DNA of 64,000 nt from Lama glama (lineage: Eukaryota), in assembly GCA_028534125.1 (NCBI GenBank), contig CM052816.1:44580001-44644000 (forward strand), in the 5' to 3' direction. Below are positions 1-11,300 of the stretch, piece after piece (the first letter of the stretch is position 1; every line of letters begins with the position of its first letter). The notes under the pieces are model-generated. The model was not told where the DNA came from. It ran no database searches and worked only from the letters and a program-made list of their open reading frames with translations. Position numbers and translations under genes: made by a program.

Positions 1-419
1 TTCATAATAGTAACAGATAGAAGTCATGAATGTTAGTTGACATGACTGAAATCAAGACATCTTCACAGATATCCAGGAAAAGTATAGGTAACCCTTCAGA
101 AAAAGATCACAAAATTGATGTCCATATGCATGTTTACTAAATGACTAGCCTCAGCTTTGTAAACTACAAATATCACAATTCTCAGATCTCGATATCAGAA
201 GAACAAGAATTTTTCTGAATGCTTCTAATCTGTATTTTGATTAAGGTCTTACAGTGAATTTTGAAAGACTTTATTTAGACTATGTGTCGCCTTAATATAT
301 GTTAATAAAACTGGATAGTTTTTAATGTGTTTAAAAAAATAGTAGTGTAGGGAAGTCAGCAGGTTAGTGCAGTAACCAGGGGCTACAAAAATATCAAAAC
401 ACATTTACCACTCCCACCT

Positions 420-759
420 CAAGGCCAGAAAGAGTAGGGAAGGACAATTACCGGAACCAGGTGAGATAGAAAGAGGTCTGTGGGGCACAGTCCCCTGGGT
501 GGAGTTGTAATCTGTGATGGAGAGATGTGAACAGCCTCAGAACAAACCTGTGGGGAGGTATTCTGGTGGAATAAACACCTAGCCTCAATTTCTCCCATCC
601 CTCCCATCCCCGCTGAACCCCACATGCCAAATCCAATAAGAAGCCAGAGGGCAAAGAACTCTGTTAATATAATCCACTCAAAACCATCACCCAGGGCACA
701 GATCAAAGAGGAAAAAGACAGAGAGGATGAGCAGGAGCAAATGGAAGGTATCCAGCACA
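420..759 (-). mobile_element. Degenerate MaLR (MLT1-family) LTR fragment
   Basis: GC-elevated island with ccaaatccaataagaagccagagggc and terminal aaatggaaggtatccagcaca, resembling the reverse complement of old MLT1 LTRs. Subfamily not determined. Confidence 0.55.
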
Positions 760-1270
760 TGCCTTTAAAAACATATACCACTGCCTTTAATTCTACACAT
801 ACAAACGTCCAAGAAGTGGGGCTGTTTGGACAAGGTGCATTCTCATTTGATTCCAAAGTTTAAAAAATTCAAAAGAAGTGCCTCAAAAATAATTAGCCAT
901 AATAATGTGTCATATGATGATGAACAGTGGTATTTTCTTTGTGTGCTTATTAGTGTTTTGTCTTTCTCAGCTCTGTTAGGAGCCACACAAATTCCTGAAA
1001 ATATAAAGCATATAGAAAAATTTGTTCTGTGGCAAAGAGACTAAGCAATTAAGATTCTCTGAGCAAAATGCAATCAGGAAAACAGTGGTCTGAGAGAACA
1101 GACAATCTCCCAAGCTAGGAAGGATTTAATCAACGAACACGTTTTTTGGGGGAAAAAACACGTTGAATACATTCAATATATTTAGAACATAAGTAAAAAT
1201 AAACAAGAAGCGAGAAACTCTTTGAATAACAGATAATAAATATGAAGTATTGCACAGGTCTAAATCAGAC

Positions 1271-1505
1271 AATAATAATAGCTAATATTTATTGAGGACT
1301 TTTCAGGAGCCAGTCATATTCTGTGAGGCACATTTAATGTGTGCTCTCACTTAACACAATATTCCTAAGAAGCAGAGGATTATTTGTCCCATTTTACACA
1401 TAAGGAAACCAGTTTAAAGACTTAAAGTAGTTGTCCAGCCCACACAGCTAGCAAATCGTGCAGGTAGGAATTGAACTTGGCTTTGTCTGAGACTCATATC
1501 ATACT
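1271..1505 (-). mobile_element. MIR SINE
   Basis: aataataatagctaatatttattgag ... cccattttacacataaggaaac ... cacacagctagcaaat matches the reverse-complement MIR core. Confidence 0.85.
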
Positions 1506-1683
1506 CACTTCATAACAATATTATTGCATTATTATCCTTTAATTTTAAAAAAGTTAGGTCTATCATACTCAGGAAGGACAATATTCTCATGTGAAATGTA
1601 TCTAAACTATAAATATTTGGCATTTTAGAAACTGTAAGTTTGTCAGATCACATTTTAATTCTGGCAACTTACGGTTTTCCTAC

Positions 1684-1824
1684 CTTATTTAAATCTACAG
1701 TTAGCGTCATATTAGTGATGCCATTATTCAGATTAAAAGTGCAGATAATTTTTCTGTAAAACTTCTCTTCTTTTTCCACGGGACAGCAAGGATTATTTGT
1801 TGTTTCCTTGGTAGCAACTTTACG
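1684..1824 (-). other. Candidate 141-nt exon, open in phase 0 (47 aa: RKVATKETTNNPCC...TVDLNK); product unknown
   Basis: Minus-strand acceptor cttttactgtcag| and donor AAG|GTAGGA, with an alternative donor ACC|GTAAGT at 1673. One frame is open. No protein homology recognised. Confidence 0.25.
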
Positions 1825-2676
1825 CTGACAGTAAAAGCTGAGTAGGATTGCAGGCAAAATATATTGATTCTTTCAAAAAACAAGGGTCATATTTGTAAGA
1901 GCAGGGTTGACACAGAAATCAGAGAAAAAACATATAATGTGAAAATTTAGAAAATGTCTTAATTCTTATATCCTTCAAAAGGTGTCATGAGCTATTTAAG
2001 CCATATGGTACTAAGTCCTATCTTACTAAGTTTCCTTGCACATATTATATACTTACAGAGCTAACACATTGACACTTAGCTATGCCGAAATACAGAACCC
2101 TCTAAAATTGCTTTGGAGAGTGGAAAAAAAAGATCTTTTTTTTTAATTTAAAAAGTACCTGAACTAGTTTTGTGCTTTGCTTCTCTAATTACCTTAAAAA
2201 TTTTACATATCAAAACATGACATGCTATAATCCATCAGTTGCTATAACACAGCATAGTAAATCATGATGTAATAGATCATTTGCCATGGCTCAGTGCTTT
2301 CAATAATGATGTGATATAAATTTATATGAAAGCATGTTTAATACGCATATTTTTGAAATTTAGCTCTCTTCTTCAGGAATCAGCACACTAAATATTGAGC
2401 ACTGCTCTTTAAATTTTTTTTGAACAGGGAACACAAGTATAATATTCTAAAGAAGAAAATTCTTAGTATATAATGGTATTTTTATCATTAGACTTTGTAC
2501 AGATTTCAATCTAATGTCCTTCATACATCTTAATCTTCCATATATAATAATAAAAATCTTTATGATCTATGGATAATTGGACTGGATATGTATAATCAAC
2601 CCTCAATTATCATTTCAGAGGCAAGAAAGGAATCACACAGACAAATGAAATTCTCAGATAAAACAAGAATTAGACA

Positions 2677-2790
2677 ATCATGGAATTTAGAGCTGAAGGG
2701 ATCTTAGAGATCAGAGACTCCAACCCCCTTATTTTACAGGTGAATACATTGAGCTCATGAAATGAAGGGGTTTTTAAAAGGTCTCATGAA
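2677..2790 (-). mobile_element. MIR (MIR3/MIRc-like) fragment
   Basis: aatcatggaatttagagctgaagggatcttagagatc ... ccttattttacaggtgaa is the typical reverse MIR 3' end plus core. Confidence 0.75.
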
Positions 2791-2995
2791 AGGTTATTTG
2801 CCCATCGAGGACGTGGGTCTTCTGTCTTAGGATCTTTACACAGTCCAACACTGTCTTTGAAGAAGTCCTTCCAGGTGAAGTTCAACCAGTGCCTTAAATA
2901 TATCCAGCAACACTGAATTACAGTTTTCCAACTCTGTCCTCTATGTTACTTCAAACTCCTATCTAACTGCTTGAAAATACTGCTCAAAAGTAATC

Positions 2996-3222
2996 ACTGT
3001 TTGCAAATATTAACTACCATATATAAAATAGATAAACAACAAGTTTCTTCTATATAGCACAGGGAACTATATTCAATGTCTTGTAGTGAGCTATATAGTG
3101 AAAAAGAATATGAAAACAAATACATGTATATATATGTACGACTGAAACATCATGCTGTATACCAGAAACTGACACACCATAAACTGATTATGCTTCAATA
3201 AAAAAAAAGAAAAGAACAAGAA
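2996..3222 (+). mobile_element. 5'-truncated L1 (3'UTR plus A-rich tail) with 10-bp TSD
   Basis: actaccatatataaaatagataaacaac...tatatagcacagggaactatattcaa resembles a cetartiodactyl L1 3'UTR, followed by aataaa and an A-rich tail. aaaagtaatc is duplicated at 2986-2995 and 3223-3232. Confidence 0.9.
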
Positions 3223-4309
3223 AAAAGTAATCGTTTTTTAAGACTTACAGGGATGCTTAGAGTATCATCTGTCAGTTGGCTAAGAAAAGCCATTAATTTT
3301 CCTGAGTTCAATACCCTTCTGCTCAACGTATTTTGATGAGGATATCAGGGACAGAAAAAGCAAGAAAGCCAAAGAAAAACGTACTTGAGTCAATGTCCTT
3401 AAATAAGAAAGTCCAAAAAAATAAAAAGGGACTCATTCACTCATTTATTTGACACTCTTTCATTAAGTACTTAAATGTTAATGACTTCCAAACTTTCCTT
3501 CGACAAAAACTCCACTCTTCAGGATTCTGAGGCAGTAGCCAGGGTGAACCCAGTTATCTGCATCTTTGCTCGTGATTCCTGTGATTAGACAAATTTGGGA
3601 AAATGGTACTATGTGAAAATAATCAGTGGCCCTTTAGGAAAAGGAGGATTAATAAGAAAGAGATACTAGTTTTGTGGAGTTTACAGTCTAGAAGTAGAGA
3701 GAAAAATATGAATAAATGACAGGTGTATGTTTAGCCCTCATCTGAGTAGAAAAGGGAAACTTCCTGGGATGAATAATGAGTGAAGTTTTTATAGACAGAG
3801 ATGGAGAACATCACAGGTAGGAGAGATGGTATGTGCGCAGTTAGGCAAGAGACATATAGACAAATGGGAGGAAAAGGAGGAAGGAAAGTATAGGGCCCAT
3901 GTGTGAATAAGTCGAGAGCTAGGTTTGGCTACATTGGTGACACATGAAGAAGCGCAGGTGGATGCACGCAGGAATGGTGTCTTGGAACCCCATCCTCATG
4001 GGTGAAGGTCCAGACTTAGCAATCTCACATCGTCCTTCAGCGTGGGGGCAACCTGACTGCAAAGGTTGGGATCTTCTGAGAAGTAGCTTATATGATGAAT
4101 TGGAGTAAGGACAAACCAAAACCTGGGCAAACCATTTGGGAACTGGTGGGCAAGACTAAATTAAACCTTCAGAGTATTTCCAAGAATATGAATCTGTATT
4201 TGGTGTTTTGGACATTTGGACGTAGGACATTTACAAAGGTGCCTCAGGACCGCCTACCCAATTGTTACGCAATCTCATCTGTTAGGACCTTCCAGAATTA
4301 GTAGATACC

Positions 4310-4600
4310 TATCCAATTTTTAGACACCTCCAGAGCAATTCATTTCAATGTTTAATAATTCTCACTGTCAGAAAATATATACCAATATCTAATAAAAAAT
4401 CCCTCCCCTAATTTTTTGGTTCAAACCCCTCTGTTTATTAGTCATTGGGTAGAAGTAAACTGTTAATTGCTGTTGAGCCTGTTGCTTTTAAAAAGGCCAT
4501 TAAGACATAGCTTTCTCTCCTCGAACATTAGCCATTCAATTCCATTGACTTCTCCTTATATTCCTCATTTTCAACTATCTTCCTAGCTTGTACTTATAAT
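4310..4600 (-). mobile_element. CR1/L3 LINE fragment
   Basis: acctcc...ttcatttcaatgtttaataattctcactgtcagaaaat...aatatctaat resembles the reverse complement of the CR1/L3 3' region. Confidence 0.45.
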
Positions 4601-5714
4601 TTTGGCTTTCCTGTTAGCCCTACTCATGTTTAGCTATAAGGCCTAGCTGGGTCTGTGTACTGAATACACATTAGCTTTTTTTTTTCCTTTTTTAAGCAAG
4701 TCAGACACATTTTTCATAAAGGAAGTATATGTGTTAAGTATTTGAAAAAATAGTTCATGTAAGACAAAACAGAAATATTTTTGTATATTCTGTTAAATTT
4801 TAAAATCCCACTGTTTATATTCCATTAAAATGAATAAAATGTTTCTATGATTTAGTTAAATCTTACCAAGAAGGAAAGAGAAGGTAGTTGGAATTAGAAA
4901 GAACTTTCAATGCGTCACATGAAAACTTAAGACAATTTGCCTATAGACATTTTGTGAGGTAAAATGCTACAGACTAGTTTTAAATTTTAAAACAAATGGA
5001 AATACAAATGCAACATATGAATGTAACATACACCACCACATATAATTTCACTACTCCTAACTCTAACAGTTATAGTACACCTAAATGAGACAGAGCCAAG
5101 TTTAAGAAAGGAGAGGGTGCAAAGTAAAAAACAAACATTTAAAGAATACAAGATTTTTTTAACACAGAAATTTTTGTTGATATTACTAAACTGTCTTTAA
5201 AGATTTTTCTATTTTACATGATAATTAACTAAATATATATCTTTCACTTACTGCATCCTCATTAATTCTAAACATTATCACAGTGTGAATGTGTCTGTGT
5301 GTGTGTCTATTCCAACAAGTAAAAATCCCTAAAGTTATTTTCAATTTTTTGTGTTATTCTAGTGAGAGATGACTGACTAACTAAGCCTATTTAATTTCCA
5401 ACTTTTTGGATTAAGGATAATAATAATAAGTTTATCATTATTATTCCTATATAGCACTGTATATTTTTATTGAAGCATCTCATATACATTGTATCATATG
5501 GAACTCACTGTGCTCCTTAATGTATGGCTTGTCACCTAGTTATTTTAATTTAATGGTGAAGAGACAGAGATTCAGCGGCATGACGTTCACCGAATCACGC
5601 GGTGGTCACATGGCACTCTAACATCTGCTGAGTCCAAGCAGGTTATTACGGATAGCATCAGCTCACTTTTTTTCAGAATTAAAGTCTACATGATTATAGG
5701 CACATTTTAAGGAA

Positions 5715-6760
5715 GAAGGTGATAAGACTGATTAAAGTAATACTGATTTAGAAGTGAGTACAGGACTTCCAAGAGTTGGCAGTTGGAGTATATGGGTTTG
5801 TATTCAGCAGGGAAACCAGTGTGGAGGCTGTATTTGTGGGTACAACAAAGACTAGGTGTAGGTAAGATCACTCGGCTTTGTGAAGCCAGAACTGTATTTG
5901 AAGAAGGAACAGGGTGAAGAAAAGGGGTCAGAGTGCAGAAGTGAAGGGAAGAGAATATTGATTTCTAGAGGAGAGCTGTGAGCCATAAACTGAGACGTGA
6001 CTAGATTAGGGGCTATGCCAGTGAGAAAAGGCATATTGTCCAGTAAGTGTACCAGAGGAAGGTGAGAGAAGTTGGTCTCCAGAAGATAACATGGAAAAAC
6101 TAGAAGAGACTTGAGCATGTTTTTAATGCTGATATGAAAGAGGAAGTGGAGGAGAAAAGGTAAAGGCACAGCTAGAATGGGAATAATAAACGAAATGACA
6201 TTCTTATGAACAGGGACACCCAGAGCACTGAAAGGGGTATTTCCTATAGGAATGAGGATCTCATTCTCATTTCTTTTGAGGGCATGTGGGTGGATTTGGT
6301 GGCAAAATGGATTTTTATCCAATTTCTAATATTTTCTCTGTAAAGCAGGAATTACAATCATTTTCAGAGTGTAAATACTGATGTGGCTGACCAAAGAAGA
6401 AAAGTTCCAAAGTCAGTACCATCGATAGAAAAGAGACCCAGCTGAGAAAGGAGGGCAGCCAGAGAGCCATGAGGATCCAGTTGACTTTGGAGGTCACAGA
6501 TCTACAGTGCTTAATCAGTGATGGATTTTTCTTCCATCAGCACTCAGCAGCCCTGGGTAAGTCTAAGAAAATACCAACAATTGGACCAATTTAGTGTTAG
6601 GACTTTGAAGAGCAAAGAGAAATGGGAAGGAAGGTAACTGTCAAGAGAGTGATTGAAGTGATAGGCTGTCTACTACCTTGGACAGTAAAGCAAAAGAAGG
6701 CAGAACCGTTTAATTCTCAGGGTAAAAAGAAGAGGGGTCAAGGTACTAGAAAATCTTGAC
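5715..6760 (-). mobile_element. L2 LINE fragment
   Basis: Purine-rich tract containing ggcagttggagtatatgggtttgtattcag...ggaggctgtatttgtggg, characteristic of antisense L2. Confidence 0.6.
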
Positions 6761-6939
6761 TTTGTTGAAGCACAGTTATAAAAAGAAATTTATCTTTAGC
6801 CAGATCACTGACAACTCTGGCTTATAAATAATTTTGATCTCTAAAAGCAACATTTGGTAAAAATACACAGCTTTGCAGAATAATCTTAGGATCTGGTGAC
6901 ATCAGCCCAAGGCACAAACTGCATGAGTCAAAAACGTAC

Positions 6940-8030
6940 TCAATCAGGAGAATGAGAAGACAAGTCACAGACTATGAGGAAATATTTGCGAAAGTCACAA
7001 CTGATAAAGAACTACTATCCAAAATATACAAAGAACTCTTAAAATTCAACAGTAAGAAAACAAACAAGTGAATTAAAAAACAGGCCAAAGACCTTAAGAG
7101 ACAATTCACCAAAGATGATAAACAGATTCGCATCATAAGCCACCAGAGAAAAAGTAAATTTAAAAAATAAGATACCACTATACACCTATTAGAATGGCCA
7201 AAACCATGAACACTGGAAGCACTAAATGCCGGCAAGGATGTGGAGGACCCCCTACTCATTGCTGAGGGGAGTGCAAAATGTTATAGCCACTTTGAAAGAC
7301 AGGTTGGTGGTTCCTTACAGAACTAAAACTCTTACCAAATGATCCAGCAATCTTGCTTCTTGATATTTACCCAAAAGAGTTGAAAACTTATGTCCACCCC
7401 ACAACTGACACATGGATGTTTATAGCAGATTTATTCATAATTGCCCAAATTGTAAGCAACCAAGATGTCCTTTAGTAGTTGAATTGATAAAGTGTGCTAC
7501 ATCCAGACAATGGAATATTACTCAATGCTGGGGGACAAAAAGAGCTATCAAGCCTTAAAAAGAACCTTAAATGCATATTACTAAGTAAAAGACACCAATC
7601 TGAAAAGGCTACACACTATATGATTCCAAATATGATATTCTGGAAAGACAAACTATGGAAACAGCAAAAAGATGACCAGTTATCAGTGGTGAGGAAGGAT
7701 AAATCGGTGGAACAAAGGATTTTTAGAGCAGTAAAACTTCTCTGTACAACAATGTAATGGTAGACACATGTAATTATCCATTAGTCTAAACCTACAGAAT
7801 GTATAACACCAAGAGTGAACCCTCACGTACACTCCGGAGTTTGGGTGGTTACGATGTGTAATATAGGTTTATCAATGGTAAAACAAATGTACCACTTTGG
7901 TAGGGGATGTTGATAACAGGGGAGGCCATGCATGCGTAGAAGCAGGGAGTATACGGAAATCTCTGTACCTTCCTCTCAACTTTTCTATGAACCTAAAACT
8001 GCTCTAGAAACATAAACTCGTGTAAAAAAA
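6940..8030 (+). mobile_element. Old L1 3' end (L1MC1-like)
   Basis: Decayed ORF2 end (gatccagcaatc, gtttatagcagatttattcataattgcc) followed by the 3'UTR motifs caccaagagtgaaccct, ggggatgttgataac and aacctaaaactgctcta. Confidence 0.9.
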
Positions 8031-8188
8031 TCAGAACACATTCCATATGCAGTCTCTTTTATGAAATAATGTAGCCCTTGCACACCATTAAATCACATTT
8101 TTTAAAAAGCCCAATTGATATATCTGCCATATGATAAGGTTCAAAAATCGTAAGGTTTAAAATATCCTCTAGCTTTGAGAATGACAGC

Positions 8189-8370
8189 AGTGATTCTCAA
8201 AATGTTGGCCCCCACCAGCAACATCAGCAAACCTTAGGAACCCGTGAAAAATGCACATTCTCTGTCACCCAGCACACTACTAACTCAGAAACTCTGGGCC
8301 GGGGCTGGTGAACTAGTTTGGATCAAGCCCTCTAGATTATTCCGATGCACACGAAAGTGTGAGCACTATG
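8189..8370. mobile_element. MER5A-like hAT-Charlie DNA transposon
   Basis: cagtgattctcaaa ... aatgcacattctc ... tcagaaactctggg ... caagccctctagattattccgatgcacacgaaagtgtgag; about 180 bp. Confidence 0.85.
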
Positions 8371-11300
8371 GCAATCCAGGCATCCAGCTGGTATAAGCTG
8401 ACTTGTCCAGAAGGTCAGCCTAGATTTCTCTCTAATAATTATGATCTCCACTCATATTCTCTGCCAAAGTTCCTTCAAATAAAGTCTCAGAATAATTTCT
8501 TACTCCAAGGAAAGACTAATCAGGCATGAGATTCAGTGGCTGTACAACTAAAGAAGAAAACAGAAATAAAAAGAAGTACTATAGTGCTCTGAATAAGGTT
8601 TTTAAAAGACTGAAAAAAACCAACCCTTCAAATTTTGATGGAATATTCCGGGTTTATATACCTACAAACATACGTGGCTCTAATTTCTTCAGTTTGGGCT
8701 ATTGTTAGAAATATTGCCATCCATAAAATAAAGAAACCAAGGACTTTCATAGACAGTAGTAAATGGTTACATAATTTAAACAAAATGCAACAATGTGCCA
8801 GGATTGATGAGAACAGATGCACTCGGTGGGAATTCCCTGGGCCCTGCCTTCAAAGCAAAGTCTGTAATGAAGTCCTGAGGATGTTGTTCATTACCCTTCA
8901 GTAGATCTGGCAGTGACAGGGAAAAAGGAGGAGAAAAGGAAGATAGAGAGAGGGAGGAGGAGAGAAAGGAATACGGGAAAGAGGGGATGTGATGGCTACA
9001 AGAGAAAATAACTGAATTGTAAAGTTATTTCATGAGACCTGGGAACAAAGACCAAACTTCGGTCCCAAGGCATTGCTTCTCTATGTAGATGAGTAACAGT
9101 TCAAAGAAATTCAGCAATACTGTTGTGGTGTGATAAACACCACTATGATTTCTTGTTGAATTATATCTTCTGCTTTTTCTTTTTTCAGCAAATAAAGCTA
9201 AGGACGGCAAGACAAAAATGAGGCATCCGACATGAAACCAGTTTCTAGTTTTCCCTGAAATTGGTTCCTTTGAACTGAGGAAGAGTGATGTATAAGTAAG
9301 CAAGATTCCTTAGTAAGAGTTGATCATCGTAATGAATCCCTCTCAGTTAAATAACTATTACATCACCTTGACTGGGGATTGAATCAAAGTGAATTAACCA
9401 GTTCGTTGAGAACGGAAAGGGAAACAAAGTAAACAACTGTTCAAAGTCACCATGGCCTAAAAACATTTTGATTAAAACATTTATTTTACAATAAAATTCA
9501 GTCAAATTTTCACTAATATTTGCTTTGAACTTTTGGTTATAGTAGTACTTCTGACTGCAATTTTTCAAATTAATTACAATGAGGTTAAAAAATCAAATAA
9601 TATATTTAATATCAAATTCAGAATGCCACTCATGGAACACGGTGTTCCTCATGAATATATTGTAAATTTATAAACAATACGAGCACAAAATATTCAGAAT
9701 TTAATTATATAACTGGTGTATAAATTATTACGAATTATGAATTATTACAATGCCCTGCATATTGCAATGAAAGTATTCTCATAGTCATCTATACTACATA
9801 GTATCTTAGATGCTAAGTCACAGCATTTGCATTTCTGTAACAAAGAATTTCATTTTCTTGAAACATTCTATGGCCTGGCCTCATTAATTCAGAAAAAAGA
9901 AAATACAATTAAAAAGAGTCTTCAGAGGTTCTAAAGTCACCTGAATTTTGGAATGGTTAATGACATGAGTGTTATTAGCTTAAATTAGTCCTGTTACTCT
10001 GGTAGGTTATACAGAAACTATTCACGTTTTAATCTAAAAATATTGCTGTAATTCTGTTTGATCTCTGTGAGAGAAATTTAAGACCGAAAATAGAATTTGA
10101 TATTAAATTATATGTATATGTATGTTTGTGTATATATATATATAAACTGTATGGAAATCAAATACATATCTCAGTATTGCACTCTATACAGGCTAGAAAA
10201 CTTCTAAAAACTTATACTTTTTAATGATAAATTTCTATTCTACTAGATAAAGATAAAAAAACCAGTTATTTAGAATGCATATGTATGTGGCTATTCAATA
10301 ATATTCCTTCCTCATTTTCTAGGTGTGGAAACTCTTGCTTAAGTTTTGAACTGAAGTTTCCTTTATATTTCACATGACATTTTCAGACTCCACTTTTTTG
10401 AAATATGTGCCTGTTTGCATGTTTAACATATACTACCATATAAATATCTCACTTAAAGAAAAATACCATATATCATAGGATCACGTAAACCTGCCATTCT
10501 TACAAGATCTTCCAACATGTTTTTTAATAGTACATAGATTCCACATGATTTTAGGACTAATAAATATAGAGATTTTTGTTTGCAAAATGTGATGTATTTC
10601 AATTTACACACAGTTATTGGGTGATAGCATATCAACACTCATATGTCATACAAAGTTTTGTCACAGAGACCCTTGAAAGCATTCCTTTAACATGCTTTCT
10701 TCTTATTGTTTTCTTGAATGAAAAAGAAGAACAATGCTACTAAACAATAATTTAATATTAATGTGGATAAGTTAAACATAAAAGTGCATTGTCATATTAA
10801 TGGGTAAAGTTTTTTGAAGAATGGTCAATTTATTGATTGGAGCATGTAAAACTGTTCCTGTTACTCAGGCAGCTTTCTTTTGTTGCATCAAGGATGGTAA
10901 TTTTATTGAGAAAGGCACAATAGAAGATGATTGATTGTCTGCTTTTGTCATGGAGATGAATTATTGCAGAAGGCATACATGAAAAAATAAAATCATTGTT
11001 CTATAAATTGGCCCTTGATGCTTTGTTCATTTGAGTTCATTGTTCGTAGACCCTAACATGAGCTAATACTAAATAGTATAGTAAATAAAAGCATTTTTTT
11101 TGCTGAAGCAAAATTAGTTTCTTCCCTAATGAAACTCAGCTTTATGAAATAACAGTGTCTGCTAGGTTGCTACATTTAAAATGTATAATTTAATCTATGC
11201 CAAAAGCTGAGTAGCAACAGAAAGTTTGCATAGCTATTATCATTTTATTAAATTAGTAATAAGAGTGCATAATGAAAAATGAAAATCTTTTTATTTAAAA

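Noticed and set aside
419..863. Overlapping 145-, 68- and 79-aa ORFs
   Set aside because: Largely within a MaLR-like LTR remnant; no recognisable protein.
1131..1165. Imperfect inverted repeat around ttttttgggggaaaaaa
   Set aside because: Short, homopolymer-driven and consistent with chance.
5852..6322. 156-aa minus-strand ORF
   Set aside because: Lies within a decayed L2. No recognisable intact domain or exon structure.
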